Assembly: GCA_017654855.1 (NCBI GenBank)
Contig: CM030338.1
Span: 620,001 to 684,000, forward strand
DNA from: Podospora anserina
Lineage: Eukaryota
Length of the DNA: 64,000 nt
Direction of reading: 5' to 3'
Shown here: positions 11,537 to 24,566 of the stretch, one piece after another
Layout: each line of letters opens with the position of its first letter
Numbering within the stretch: position 1 is the first letter of the stretch
Translations under genes and position numbers: made by a program
The notes under the pieces: model-generated
The model's database searches: none
Told to the model about the DNA's origin: nothing
Seen by the model: only the letters and a program-made list of their open reading frames with translations

Positions 11537-13353
11537 TTATGTCAACCGTAATGCTCGTCTCCCTGATGCTCTGCTTCGAATACCGTTCATGCCTGCCCCC
11601 CTTCGGCTTTGTGTGCCCGACCTGGGACCCGTGACAGCGTTATTTGAAGGTGCTTTGATGACAAGATGATCACGTCGGTCCTCCGCAGATACCACAGGCC
11701 TGTTGGTCACCAAAATCACTCTCAGTCTCGTCTTTGCCCCTCTTTGATCCAGCTGTCCAAACATTCTGGATGTAGCTTCCACCCAAGGAAACTCTTCCGC
11801 AATGTCAACTTCGATGACAATGTACAAATTGGCCACAGAGGCCAGTAGGCTTGCCAATATCAACCAATAGTCCTCTGCCGTGACAGCTCTGTAGAAGCGT
11901 GCGCAGGCATTTGCTGCATCGAGCTCAGTCAGGACGGTCCCTGGAAGTTGCATTACCTGTAAGATCAGGTATTTCATCACCGAAGTAACTGGCACCTGCT
12001 TGGCCTCGTAGTGTGGGATTTTCAGCGCCCATATAACTGGAATGTTGGAAGTGCGGAGAAGTGTCAGTGTCGATATGACCAGACCTCGGGTCTGGTCTCT
12101 CGAGTGATAGCCACCGCGAATGAGCGCCAAAGATCTGAGCTTCGAGGCGGATGAGAACGCCGTCAACTTGGAACTAGCCCAATCGAATGTGCATAAAAAG
12201 GCACCTCGGCCAGCTCTCTCGGTTGCCCTCTGAAGAGCTATGTTGCGTCTGTATGTTGTTTCTGGTTCCGGAAGGAGGTGATACTCCGCGGCTTGCCGAA
12301 GAGACTGACAAATTTGAGCAAACTGCAAATCGTTCAGACGGCAGTTGGTATCAATGAAGCTGTTGATCGCCTTACTTTCCAATCCTACTGCTTGGTTAAC
12401 GATACTATCTCTCATGATTCAACGAGGATGGGAAAAACAACTCATGATTATGGCCTTCAGCTCTCTCACCTCCTCATGCATAACGGTAAGTTGGGAGCCT
12501 TCATGATCGATTTTGCGGTGAATCTCCCTTTGCTCGGCTTGTGCGCCAGAAGCGCTCAGGGTCTCAATCAGCTCAGATCGCTCTTTAACGTTTTCCAAAA
12601 GATCGGCATATCGCAGTTCAGATGGGCGAGACAACGAGTGCCAGATGTGCTTCAGCTTCCCTTCCTCGTACCATCTTTTGCTTCGTACCAGGAACTTGAT
12701 AATGTTGGCATATAGCTCAGCGACGGCACGCTTCATGCGTTTGGTAGGATAAAGAATAAGTGATAGCTCTGCGCGAGGGAGAATCGATCCAATCTGGCAA
12801 AGACCCTTGGCGAGGGTAGAACATGCATTTTCGTGGTTGACAAACGCCTGAACGATCAGTCAGTCGACATTCTTTCAGTCAATGGTAAACAGAAAACTGA
12901 AACATACAACAAACAGAAACTTCATGGCACCCCAAGCCAAAGAAACATACTCCGGGTTGTGTTGAATGAGACATTTCATCACATTGTCGTAGTGGCAGAG
13001 GAGATTAGAGAATTTGGTCAAGTACTCTCTAGTCTTTGATTTGACTCGAAGGGACTCGTACTTTTGCTGCGTTTCGGCCAGCGTAGCTTGAAGCTCTGCA
13101 AAGCCATGTGAACGAGATATGAATTGGCGCTTGTCTTGATCTTTGGTGAGATGATCACGGTAGATGCAAATTGCTTCTTCAAACGCATCTGTAGCTGGGT
13201 CCAAGCTTCTACTCAACGGTTAGAATCACATATGATCGTAATGGTAATTTGGGGTACCTGGGGAACAAACCCATCATCCACATCAGCATTGAACCACTCA
13301 GTGAATGAAAAGCCACCGCGTCCAGAGACGCTTAAAGTGGTAGAGGTGGACAT
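11537..13353 (-). CDS. NACHT-associated N-terminal helical domain (DUF7708-like) followed by a degenerate NACHT-like fold
   Basis: Spliced from ATG 13353 over three introns. Contains LIQHNPEYVSLAWGAMKFLF, NHE, LYPTKRMKRAVAELYANIIKFL and IDTNCRLNDLQFAQI. The P-loop-equivalent region reads IRGGYHSRD (no GK[ST]). Confidence 0.7.
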
Positions 13354-13631
13354 GAAAGGAGGATAGAAAGGAGGATCGATTGTGCATGAGTTGAAGAACT
13401 TGATCGACAGAAGACGGAAGGGAAGGAGCATCTGCAAGGCGGAGAGGTTGCCTGCAAAAGCGCTGCGATTCTCACGTGATTTTCTCTGTTGGCTGCCACA
13501 CCTTTCCCCTCTTTTCAAATGCAGGTATGCCTACGAGAGGTGCCAAGGCAGACTTCCTCGTCGCTTCACTACCTCATTACTTCTATTGTTTCAACGACGC
13601 CTACATACCTTAGACATCTTCTTGGGCCAGG

Positions 13632-16445
13632 ATGGCGGCTCGGTACGTTTTTGTTTCTCGTTGTGTAAGAGCTTTCATGTGACTAAAGGACCGAGTAGAC
13701 AACGTGGAGGATTCAATCCACCTCCTGGAAGACCGATCAGTCAAAGCGGCAGATCTATGTCCCCTGCCAGGGCGACGTCCCCCGACCACCCTACCGATGA
13801 CGAGGATGCCCTCCACAGCACTTTCACCATTTCACGGGACGAGACAAGAGAGAGCAACTTCCAAACCCAGCAACTTATTGCCGCAGGACAATCACAGGTA
13901 CCACAACGGCATAGTCTTAGACCTATGACTTCCGGGGAGTTTACTGGCATGGAGCCACCTGAACATGAAGGTGGAATGCCATACTCTGATGATGAGGCGC
14001 CACCGCCGCGGAGAACAACCTATGCCAACGGAATACCTGCCGTCCAGAGTTCAAGGTTTGCGCTCCAGCCAGAGCCATCCAAACATTACCAATCTCGTCC
14101 GACAAAGTCGAAAACACAACCCCAAAGGCTTGAAGCTGAACAGGAGGGTCTACCCAAAACCAAGGACGCTACCTCTACTGTGAGTCCTCAGGCTTGCAGC
14201 ACAGAGGACAAAAAGGACCAATCCGATGACTTGGTGTGGGAAGTGGTATATCGAATCAACAACCAGCATCTCTATCTTGCGCAACCCTACTATTCTGTTG
14301 ACCACAACGGAGTGAGCATATTACAGGGCGATCTCGGTCTGACCAGTTTGGCAAGACATTTGGCACGAAAGCCAAACATTGCTTTTGTCGTCTTCCAAGA
14401 TTATTACACGGTCGATTATTTGGATCAAGCTTCCGGAGCCAGACGGAATGGCCTGGGATATCCTCCCATGGGCCCAGGGATGGGAATGCCCGGCGGAGGG
14501 CCCTTGGTATCAACCCCGCCCCGTTCAACACAGCCATCTCCTTGGATCAACGAAACCGTGGGAGAGGCTGAAGACATTGAGACGCCCCCGATATACTTTG
14601 AATCTATTGAACCCGTCACCAAAGGAATGCGGGAGGCTCTGAAAGCCCTGCTTTCTTCCAAAAGTGTGTCCTTCATCCGCCAATCCCTCACCAACCCGCA
14701 GAAAGAGCTCGAGGCACCATACTTCTTTTGGTATTTTCTCAGAGATAAACAGGATGCGATCCGTGAGTTGACAGAGAAACATCAGTCACATCTCAGATTG
14801 CTGGGAAAGTACATCGAGAGTGCTTTCGGCAACACCTATCGTCATGTTGACGACCTTCTCAAACTCGGCAGGATTGAACTGAAGTATCTTCCGTTCCTCA
14901 TCCGACCAGACGAGGTTTTGGTGACGACTATACGGTCATACGTCCGAGGCTACATTGCCAGTGCGATGGTTCAAGTGGGGAAGCCCCCTGAACGGAGGCA
15001 AATGCCCGGCGTTCCTCCCCCTGCCGTGCAAGAAAACACATTCTTTTACGAGGTGCAGTGCTGGTGCTGGGCTTACAGTGGTTCATCTTTTGGGAGTCGA
15101 GACGTAACCCTCCGACTCACAAATGAGCTTGATGGAAACACACTCATGGACGAAGAGATAGAGATCAGGACGCTTTTGGTATATCCTCTCCGGTTCGCTG
15201 AAGAGGGAGTCAAAGAGCATCTTGAGGCTGTTGGAAATTTTTGTTGGTCATCTAGAGTGAGGAAGTTGGTGGCCTACTTTGATGGGCATGTAGGTTCTCA
15301 CATAACCCCATTCTACTCGACACCGGCTGTGTCACAAGTACTCATACCCTAACCTTTCTTAGGAAGCCGAACGCTTCATGATCGACACAGCCACATATCA
15401 AAAGCTCCATCCAGCTGGGATGCTTCGCCGAGATCCGGGATGCTTCGTTCTTGAGGAAGACCCGGGGCCCGAGGACAACGATATCTATGCGTTTCCACCA
15501 GAGGTCAAAGGCTTCAATCTGCGACGCAAGGCCTGGGGTGAGTAGCACTTGCTTTTTCTTTTGCTACGACTTCATACTAACCTAGGCTATCTCACAGTTG
15601 ATCTCGATGTTTCAAAGATCATAGAGGTCGAGTGGGACAAGAGAGCGTTTGAGAATCTCGTGCTGAGTGATGTGAAGACCAAGGACTTGATCAAAGCCCT
15701 CGTGACAACTCAAGTGGCCGCAGAAAAGGGGACTGACATCATCAAGGGTAAAGGGAAGGGCTTAATCCTCCTTTTGCATGGAGCACCCGGTACAGGCAAA
15801 ACCTTTACCGCCGAAGCTGTGGCTGAGATTACGGAAAAGCCGCTGTACCGCGTGACATGTGGTGATATCGGGACAAGCCCAGAAAACGTTGAGCAATATC
15901 TCGAGTCTGTCCTTTACCTTGGCCAGATGTGGGGCTGCGTCGTCCTACTCGATGAAGCAGAGGTGTTCTTGGAGCAGCGTGGACTGGCAGATCTCAACCG
16001 CAACGCACTGGTTTCGGTCTTTCTCCGGGTTTTGGAGTACTACGACGGCATTCTCATATTGACGTCCAACAGAGTGGGAACTTTTGACGAGGCATTCAAA
16101 AGTCGAATCCAGTTGTCAATTCACTATGACAATCTCAACATACCGCAGCGGAGGAAGATTTGGCGAAACTTTTTGACCCGCCTGAAGGAGATCGACGCCG
16201 AGAGTATCGACTCTGAAGACATTTACGACAGTCTGGATGAGTTTGCCAAGATGGACCTGAACGGTCGTGCTATCCGGAATGCGATCACTACGGCAAGGCA
16301 GCTGGCAAAGCACAAGAACGAAGTGGTGAGCAGCTCGCATCTGCAGTATGTCATTGAGGTCGCTTCGAGGTTTGATGATTACATCAAGAATGTCCGGGAG
16401 GGAATGACGGATGAAGACTTTGCGAGAGACGGGGGTTATCGTTGA
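13632..16445 (+). CDS. Fungal AAA+ ATPase with a long N-terminal region (DUF7025-like)
   Basis: Introns ~13643-13698, ~15290-15362 and ~15538-15597. Motifs ERFMIDTATY, Walker A GAPGTGKT, Walker B VVLLDE, sensor-1 LTSNR and Arg finger DEAFKSRI. Confidence 0.92.
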
Positions 16446-16550
16446 TTGTTCACCCTATTGGATACTTGATTTTTATGGCGATGTTTTTTGTTCCATATAT
16501 ACAGGATGATCTGGACAAGCGTACATGAGTTCCTCACTTTAACGACTCTA

Positions 16551-17853
16551 TCACCTATCCACATTCTCCACAGTGGTGGTTCCAGGCTGCTTGTTCGTTG
16601 TGCCATAGTCGACCGCCGCATCGGGGTTGGGTACAAGGGCATTCGCACTAGGCGTCGCCTCAGGTGCTGGGAGCGCACTGACCGTCCGGTCCATTCTCCT
16701 CCTCCATGGACGATAAACCAACACTGAGCCAATACCCACAACAAGGAAAAGACCGCAAATGCTGGCGCCAATAATCTCGTAGTGGTCACCAATGGCGCCG
16801 ACACCATCCCAGAAGCTTCCATCTGGTTCAGCAACATGGTCAATCAAGGACAGCCACTGGATCACACCAATGAAGGCCGAGACAAAGACAGTGATGCTGG
16901 TAAGTACAATGGAGTAGTAGAGAATGGCGACAATGTCTCTGGAAAAGGCCTTGTTGGTGTATAGGGCCATCATGAGAGCGCCATCAGTAGTGTCGACCAT
17001 GCACATGCCGGCTAAGACAACAGGGAGTCAGTGAAGTCCCTTAAACTTTGGATATTGCCTTCATACCTGTGAACAAAAGAGGAAAGATCAAAATAACCCA
17101 AATGCTCGTCCCCTGGGCAGCCTGAATGCTGGCAATTCCGAGAATGGCAATCTCGGAACTGGTATCAAAGCCAAGCCCAAAGAGCATTCCCAAAGGCAGC
17201 ATCTTCCATGGCCTGTCAACAGCCTTGAACACACCCCTGAAGACATTCGACAAGAACCCCATCCCCTCAAGCCCCATCTGGTCGCCAATCGGATCAGCGT
17301 TGGCCTCCGCATCCGAGTCATAGTCCGGAGCCAGCCTCGCCGCTCTCTGTTCAGCGAGGACTTGCTTCAGCCTTTGAACCAAACGGTAAAGAATCCACCC
17401 GTTGGCAATGCACAGAATCAACAGGAACGTCCCGGATACACTCGTCCCGATGATACCACCGATGCGCTCAAAGTCATCGAATTTGTCTCTGACAGCACCG
17501 GCTGTGGCCGCGAGGGCGATGCAAGTGACAATGACAATCGTTGAGTGCCCCAAGCTGAAAAACGTTCCCACGGCGACAGGGCGTTGACCAGAGGCGATCA
17601 GTCTCCGGGTCATGAGGTCAATGGCGCTGATATGATCCGCATCGAGGGCATGACGAAGACCGAGGGTGTAGGATAAAACAGCCGGTGAGATAAGCTTAGG
17701 GAAGTAGTGCAAGACAACGGCTACACCAGCCCAGACCAACAGGTTGATGAACACGAGGATGCCGATGAGTCGGATGGCAGGGAAGGGGATGGCTTTGAGG
17801 GGTCCCTTCTCGTAGACGAGCCGGGGCGAGAAGGAAGGCCAGGATATCGGCAT
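16551..17853 (-). CDS. nic1: High-affinity nickel/cobalt transporter (NiCoT family)
   Basis: Signature RHALDADHI, FSLGHS and GLGFDTSSE; multiple TM segments; one intron ~17012-17066. Confidence 0.92.
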
Positions 17854-18479
17854 CTTGATCGGGCGGGTAGGTGCCGTGCACTTTTGGCGACGACAACGTA
17901 GGTAACTGAGAGGGGGCTATGGTATCGGGAAAAGAGAATAATGATGCATGGGAAAGTTTATGTTTTATGATGATTCATAGACTACCGACATCGCAGCCCT
18001 CAGGAGTTTCTCGTATTTTTCTCGCCAGAAGCTTTGTTAGCTTCCCCTCCCAAGAGTCGTTTCAAGGCATGGTGTTCTCCACCTGGCTGGGGAGGTACAT
18101 AATCGATAAGCTAATACGCGGTATCGATTTGACAAGCGGTTGGTTTGCTATCAATATTTGTCATGGACTTTATTGGATGGGCTAGCTGTGCAGTGGTTAT
18201 GGGACTTCGGAAGGAAGCGGTGGTGAGGGTGCATTGAATGGCGGGGTGTTTTGCACTTTTCGGCTGGCGGCTCGCATCGGCAGACGCCGGGTCCCCAGCT
18301 CGACGCGGGGATGACAAGCCCAGCTCCACTGTCGGGTGAGTGGGGGGAGTCCGATTTCTGGAGGGATCAAGGGTGCAACTTGGAAACTTTTTAGGGCCGG
18401 CAGTTGGTTTAAGTCCTGTTGACTACCTATCATTCATTTCCCGTTCTTCAACATTTATTATACCCCTTCTCAACACCCC

Positions 18480-19382
18480 CTACCGCGTCTTCGACACTTC
18501 CAGCGGACCGCCTGGCTTGCTGGCAGATATCGCAATATACCGCCACCTCCCGAGCCCTCGATATGTCTCTACCGCAGCGATCGTGTTGATAAAGTGCCTC
18601 TCGAGTCCAAGCAGCCGAACGATCAAGTACGGGATGATGGCCAGCACAAAGAACAACCGTGTCATGGGCTTGACGTTCGGTGTGAGATCGTGGACGACGA
18701 CATTCTCGAACCCCGCATCCTCGGCCATCTTCTTGAACACACCGGGGTGTGATATATCATTTGTTGGCATGGCGGCATACTTGTTGATCTTGCGCATCGA
18801 GACTGCCATGTCCTCTGGGGAGTCGGCCATCAGATCGTGGTCGTACTCGAATTGGGCCAGCCGGCCGCCTGGCCGGAGGATACGGTAGAACCCGGCGAGC
18901 ACAGCTTTTGGGTCCGTGGCATGGACAAATGTTTCCATCATATAAACCCCGTCAAGCGACTCATCCGGCAGTGTCTCCAAGTGATGATAGTCCATTTTCC
19001 GGACTGTGACAGTGCCTTCAGGCAGCCCTGACCGACCAATGTTTCGCTTGGCCTTGGCGATGTGGTGATCAACGACATCGATACCTGAGATGCGCAAGCC
19101 ATGCGCTTTTGCCATGTGCAATGCGACATGGCCCACGCCGCAGCCCGCATCAACAACCTCGGCGCCGCGGGGCAGAGCCAGTAGCTCAGCCAGCTTGTCT
19201 TCCATTGCCCTCAGGGGCTTCGATAGCGGGAATGGCCAGTATGTATCATGTTTCCAGTACCCAAAATGGCGGGTGCCTCCAAGTAGCAGGCGATACCCAA
19301 TGCGGGACTCCAGTGAGGAGTAGTAGGATTGCAGGTCGGTGTTGGCGTTAACCAGCGGCGTGGTCTCGGAATCGGTCGCCAT
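18480..19382 (-). CDS. SAM-dependent methyltransferase (sterol 24-C-methyltransferase-like)
   Basis: HFGYW, motif I VVDAGCGVG, ETFVH and RILRPGGRL. Confidence 0.88.
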   Translation of the reverse strand: MATDSETTPLVNANTDLQSYYSSLESRIGYRLLLGGTRHFGYWKHDTYWPFPLSKPLRAMEDKLAELLALPRGAEVVDAGCGVGHVALHMAKAHGLRISGIDVVDHHIAKAKRNIGRSGLPEGTVTVRKMDYHHLETLPDESLDGVYMMETFVHATDPKAVLAGFYRILRPGGRLAQFEYDHDLMADSPEDMAVSMRKINKYAAMPTNDISHPGVFKKMAEDAGFENVVVHDLTPNVKPMTRLFFVLAIIPYLIVRLLGLERHFINTIAAVETYRGLGRWRYIAISASKPGGPLEVSKTR

Positions 19383-19935
19383 GTTTGATTCTATACCAGG
19401 CTTAGGGGACTTTGGGAATTTCGGGGCTCTGGTGATGGATGTTGGCAAGAAAACAAACGGAAAAATCACACAGCTGAAGTCGCCAGGGAAAGAGGTGCTG
19501 CTGCAGCCAAGCTTTACCGGGCGCCGTCAAGGGACTCCCAACTGCAACCAATCGTCGATCGTTTAACTTGTTGCGGATAAGCGCCTGGCCAAAAGACGGC
19601 GTGCATTTCTGAAAATAACTTTGGCATAAATTGGCAGCTTCAGCGACCTTTGCCATTCTTTTGGTGCCTCAGCGCCTATCACAACCACACAAGAGAATCA
19701 CTAACAAATCGCCGTATGCCACACTGAATCGAGGTGCATAGTGGCGTTCAGGATTCAATTGTGAAGTACTCCAACTGTTTCAACGGCAATTCAGGCCGAA
19801 CATGATCGGCAATAATGAGAACAAAATGGGGACAGGGCTTCACTGCCTTTTTGCCTTGATATCTCATCTTCCTTCTTCACATCGTCGAATCGGTTGGATG
19901 TCGAAATAACCTGTATCCGACCTCGCAAAGGTGTC

Positions 19936-21717
19936 ATGGCTGAATAATCCATTTTGACAAACACCACGTACCTTTCCGAGCTTCGCTATGGTTGGATTCC
20001 ATCAGGGCAGGATCGCGGGACTTTGGATATACTCTGGTCATGCCTGATTCACCGTGACGCTTTGTTGCTGGGTTGTAACCCATCCCAATGCCGGCTCTTC
20101 CAAAGACAAAGTCTACCACCCCTTTATCGATAGAGCCCACCTGGCTATGGTGGGCTTGCTGGGTCCGGAGTTCTTGTTGGCTATTGCACTGGGACAGTTC
20201 TCGAGCGCAAGACGGAGCGTTAGAGTAGCCTTCTCATCATCGACCAATTTTTGTGTGAGACGCGAGACTGACGACACATGCAGAAATTCAGGACAGACGA
20301 GGTTACCAAAGGTGTGTAATGGAACCTTACATACGCTTTTTTTTACGGACATAGGAGCCATGTCTCTTACCAGTCCTGACTACCCGGAGGGGTTTCCCAC
20401 CAACGCAGAGCAGTTTCATTATCTCGTCAAGTACGGCCATGTCGACTTTCCAGATATGGAACCGATGAAAATTGGCGAGAGGAACGCTTTCTGATAATCT
20501 GTCGCGGTATGTGGCTACTTTATCCGTTCACCTAGAAAAGCTAACCTTTACGGGTCCAGGTTCCTGACTTTGTGGCAAGCCATTTGGTTCTCGGTCATTG
20601 AGATTCAACGTATTGCGCATGGCCTCCCCATGACAGCACTCGAGCTTACCGCCTTGTCATATGTATACATCCTGGTGGGGTGCCAGATTTTCTGGTTCAA
20701 GAAGCCTTCCATCTCAGTCCCAACGCGCATCCAAACCAAAGACGACGTAAAGATTCAGCAGATTCGAATGTGGGCTAAGAAGCATCTATGTGTATAGACC
20801 TAACAATATAACGATGTTCGCTATCCCTGCCACTTGCTAACACAGTTATTTGAGACCCATCATGATCTCCCTGAAGACCCCCAAGCATGGTACCGGACAC
20901 CCGTGGATTTTATCAGTGGACCGCGATGGCAAATCGGCATCCACTGGGCATACTATACCCGGTGGTTGGAAATCCTCTGTGTTCCACTCCAAAGTCGCCC
21001 CATCAAATCCAAGCTATGGGACCCCTTTCCGTCTGACGAATGGCTGCCAGCCGAGAAGGGTCCAATACTTCTATTTTTCTCTTTTATACTCGTGGATTCA
21101 CAATCTGGTTCTTTGCCAGCTGGGAATTTTTTTTTTTGCAACACCTATCGAGCAGATCCTTTGGAGGGTATGCGCCAGCTACCACGCCATATTCGGGGTG
21201 TATGGTTATACTTACTATTATACCGAAATATTCAAGTGGCACAAGGCGAAGATGGATTCCGACAAGCGCTGTCAGTATGTGGAAGCTTCGCCGTCAGAGA
21301 CGGAAGAAGCGGTAGTCATGGGGGAGAAGACGGGCCACCCTGTCAAGAACCTAACTCCTGTAACGGCTACGGATATCCCCCCGGACAGCAAGGACAATAC
21401 CAAAGCTGACAACAGCGACATTGAATCTCAGACACAGCCTGCCTCTGAGACGTCAAAGGATGGGTATCATGCACCTTACACGCCTCAATGGCTTCCTCCT
21501 ATGACTATCGCCGGGGTTCTTGGGTTCCTGCGGAACAACTCGGCAAACAGAGACCCCCAAATGCGGCTTTCTTGACGCGTTCTCATTCCAGTGTCGGTCC
21601 TCTGTGGGCTGTACATTCTATGTCGTTTGGCCATCTGGAGTGAGAATTTCATGGCTAGAGGGTCCAGCCTGCTGGGGTTTATGTAACTGTGAATCGATAT
21701 ATGCCATTTTGGGGTGA
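19936..21717 (+). pseudogene. Disrupted multi-pass membrane protein of the fungal 'RGTxDILWSC' family
   Basis: ATG GCT GAA TAA stop at codon 4. GWIPSGQDRGTLDILWSCL is frameshifted (~20050) into TVTLCCWVVTHPN; LGPEFLLAIALGQF, ALELTAL and FWFKKP follow. Further frameshifts, including the T11 run at ~21127-21137, and a TGA at 21573. Confidence 0.75.
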
Positions 21718-21917
21718 TGGGTGAATTGTCCATCGTATTTGTCTTTTTTAATTGTGGAACCATGATTGTCCTGGCGTTTAGGGGTTCTTGAATATTGGGG
21801 GATACTTTTGGTGCACATACAGGATCCTGGACAGGTCAAAATGATTGCATACGGTAGACATTTTTCTTGAAGATACCTCAGACCCTACTTGATGAAAGGC
21901 CTGTATAAGGAGTTGTG

Positions 21918-23810
21918 CTATAGAATGGTTATTCGACATTCTTGGGTGTCGCTGAAGAATGTCTTCAAAGTTCCATCGTGTCTAACCTCCAACAATCCAA
22001 CTCTAGTGTAAGCATTCGGGGTGGACTGCACCTGTCGAAGGACTAGGGACTTGATGCTGATCCAAGTGTCCACACTATTATGACCCAAGGCCAAAAGGTG
22101 ATAGCATTCTTCTTCTTCTATTTCGGGATATTCGCGAGTTTCCGTTTCGATATCCGGGAGCATCTCGCCAAGGTACTGGTTGTTGCGATCTAGGCGGTTA
22201 TCCGTCACCCGGGGCATTTTCTTGCTCCAAACGCTCTTGCAGTCCCAGTTCATGCTCACTTTGACGGGTATCAAGAATCCCATCAGCGTAATGTGACCGG
22301 ACCGAACTGGCCCAAAGCGATTCGCAGTCGAGGGTTCCGTCTCGCAGTCTACAATGCGGGCGTGGAACTCGAGGCGGTCCAAAATGAAATCCACTGCGCC
22401 GGTGATGGAAGCCCACGACCAGGTCGGGGCATAATACTCGGGATGCCTTTTGGAACTGATGACGGGGATACTCGTATCCATCTCGTGGCTTCTCATCCAC
22501 AATAGTTGCCGAGGAAGACCCCGCCGCCATAAGCCAGCACAAAAGGTGTCATTTTCAGAAAGTTCCCACCCAGTAGCGATGCCCGATAGCGCGGGAAGGC
22601 GATCCGAGATGTACGTCAACTCGCGCTGTGTGTATGCCAGCACCATACGACACCACACCTCGCTGTTTCCGTCCTGAGTGCGTGAGAGGTCATGCGCCAG
22701 TGTGTTCACCGAAGGGGGAGAACACTCGCAAGCGTTGAAGGTCGCGCAACGCCACTGAAGCTCGTCTTGTGTGTAATACAAGATACGATTAGCCAATTTC
22801 TCCTCCTGGTAGGTCCACGCACGCTTCTCAAGGGGCTGTCCTAAGCCCGTCATCCAGCCATGCACACTCTGTGCGGACCGCGTGATTCTGCGGCTGTCCT
22901 CGTAGCTCCTTCTAACTCGTCTTGCATAGGCAGTGCTTTTCCTCCCTCCCACGCCGCTACACTCAATAGGCAGAACACCCTCCACGCTGGCGGCACGAGA
23001 GCCCAAAAAGCAACCTCCATCGCCATCGGTAGCACCGCTCGCTGCAATAACAAAGAAGGCGTTGGCATACACCGTCGTCATTTTCGAGGCTTCGATAGCC
23101 CAGTCTTGGGCATCACCTTGGATGATACAGAGAGAGTCGATCCAAAGGTACCGTATACCTAGGCGGCGAGTGATGATAACGGCGTCTTGGAAGGTCTTGG
23201 TCAGCTTGATCCAGGGTATCTCGGTTTGGAACTGGCTGAGATTATCGGCTGTCGTTTTAATCGTCCTCGCAGCTTTCTCCGGTGAACCCCAGCAATGGCT
23301 GAGAGCGACATATCGTGCCGACTCGTTCTGTGGAATATGAAGGCGAAGTCGAGGTGGCTGCTCCGCCGCTCCAATATCGATGACTCGCGTGGGGAGCAGT
23401 TGGGGTTCGCCGTCAGCACATCTCTCATGTTCAGTGATGCAGTCGTTGATCCAACGCTCGGCCAACGCGAAACATTCATCCGAGGAAGAATCGATGGAGA
23501 CTTCGGTAGACGGTCCGATCCAAGAGCATGAGGTAGGTGAATCGGGATGGCAGTAGATATCAAGCAGCTTGCGGCTGCCTTCGTGGTTGAGATAAATCAC
23601 CTCCAATGGTCTCCCATCGTCCTGGAGCAAGTCTACTCGGCCATCCTCTTGACTCAAATTTGGCATGGCATGCTCCAGTGCTTTCCAAAGCAATATGCAT
23701 GAAGCGCAACCATCTTTGACAGAAGCAGTCAGATCTTCAATTTCGAAATATATTCTGTCGGTATCTGAGGCGTTGAGACCCCAGCACACTTCGCAGGTCG
23801 ACTCAGACAT
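21918..23810 (-). CDS. HET-domain (heterokaryon incompatibility, PF06985-type) protein
   Basis: Single exon with LPTRVIDI, YVALSHCWG, TFQDAVIITRRLGIRYLWIDSLCIIQ, RAWTYQE and APTWSWAS; N-terminal CxxC pairs. Confidence 0.94.
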   Translation of the reverse strand: MSESTCEVCWGLNASDTDRIYFEIEDLTASVKDGCASCILLWKALEHAMPNLSQEDGRVDLLQDDGRPLEVIYLNHEGSRKLLDIYCHPDSPTSCSWIGPSTEVSIDSSSDECFALAERWINDCITEHERCADGEPQLLPTRVIDIGAAEQPPRLRLHIPQNESARYVALSHCWGSPEKAARTIKTTADNLSQFQTEIPWIKLTKTFQDAVIITRRLGIRYLWIDSLCIIQGDAQDWAIEASKMTTVYANAFFVIAASGATDGDGGCFLGSRAASVEGVLPIECSGVGGRKSTAYARRVRRSYEDSRRITRSAQSVHGWMTGLGQPLEKRAWTYQEEKLANRILYYTQDELQWRCATFNACECSPPSVNTLAHDLSRTQDGNSEVWCRMVLAYTQRELTYISDRLPALSGIATGWELSENDTFCAGLWRRGLPRQLLWMRSHEMDTSIPVISSKRHPEYYAPTWSWASITGAVDFILDRLEFHARIVDCETEPSTANRFGPVRSGHITLMGFLIPVKVSMNWDCKSVWSKKMPRVTDNRLDRNNQYLGEMLPDIETETREYPEIEEEECYHLLALGHNSVDTWISIKSLVLRQVQSTPNAYTRVGLLEVRHDGTLKTFFSDTQECRITIL

Positions 23811-24566
23811 AATCGGGGGAAGGCGTTGAGTTACCTAGGGTGTAATTCCTGAGGCATTATCACCTTAAGCTAGTTCAGGCGAGGTCAGGCACATCGAAGA
23901 GGCAGATCACGTGCGGTGGTCCACAATATATTCTCTTCCATCCACCCACTGACCTGACGGCCATCGATATTCTCAGCAACAGCAGCCCCAATTCCAAAGT
24001 CGACGAGCGCGCAACATTCAGAAAGACGACACAAGTCGGATATCCTGCACCTCACACGTTGCGGTGGCTTCCTTTCAGGACTTTGGACGATACGACATGC
24101 ATTTCTTCTACCATGGCTCCAGGCTAAGCCTGCTTTGTGGAACAACCTCAGAGATGAGGTCGGAAGGTCGCTTAGATAAAGATCTATCCGACTTGGTTCA
24201 TTCGTAACTCTACTCACCAATATCCGGCAAATCACATCTCCACAGCCCTACCCAGCCGCGCCTCTCATATTCAATCTACATCTGCCTGAATATCCCCACC
24301 TATGATTTCGCGTCAAAGATTCCCCGAGGGTGGGAACTCACTTAAGCTCCCAGTTTGCCAAGAATATCTATTGTTTTTCGGATGCCGGCAAGTGTTGTTA
24401 TAGGATTTCATCTATCTCTACTCTATTACTGACCGAGCTGCAGTTAACTCATGGCTTTGTCAACATGGCCGGTTCCTTCTTTAAGATGAGACCTTCCCTT
24501 TGTTTGATGGACTTACCATAGCTCGTTTTTCAACCCGTTCCCGTATCGACACCTGAAGCCTCGACA

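Noticed and set aside
16551-19382. NiCoT plus methyltransferase as a nickel-enzyme cluster
   Set aside because: No urease or other Ni enzyme or accessory gene in the window.
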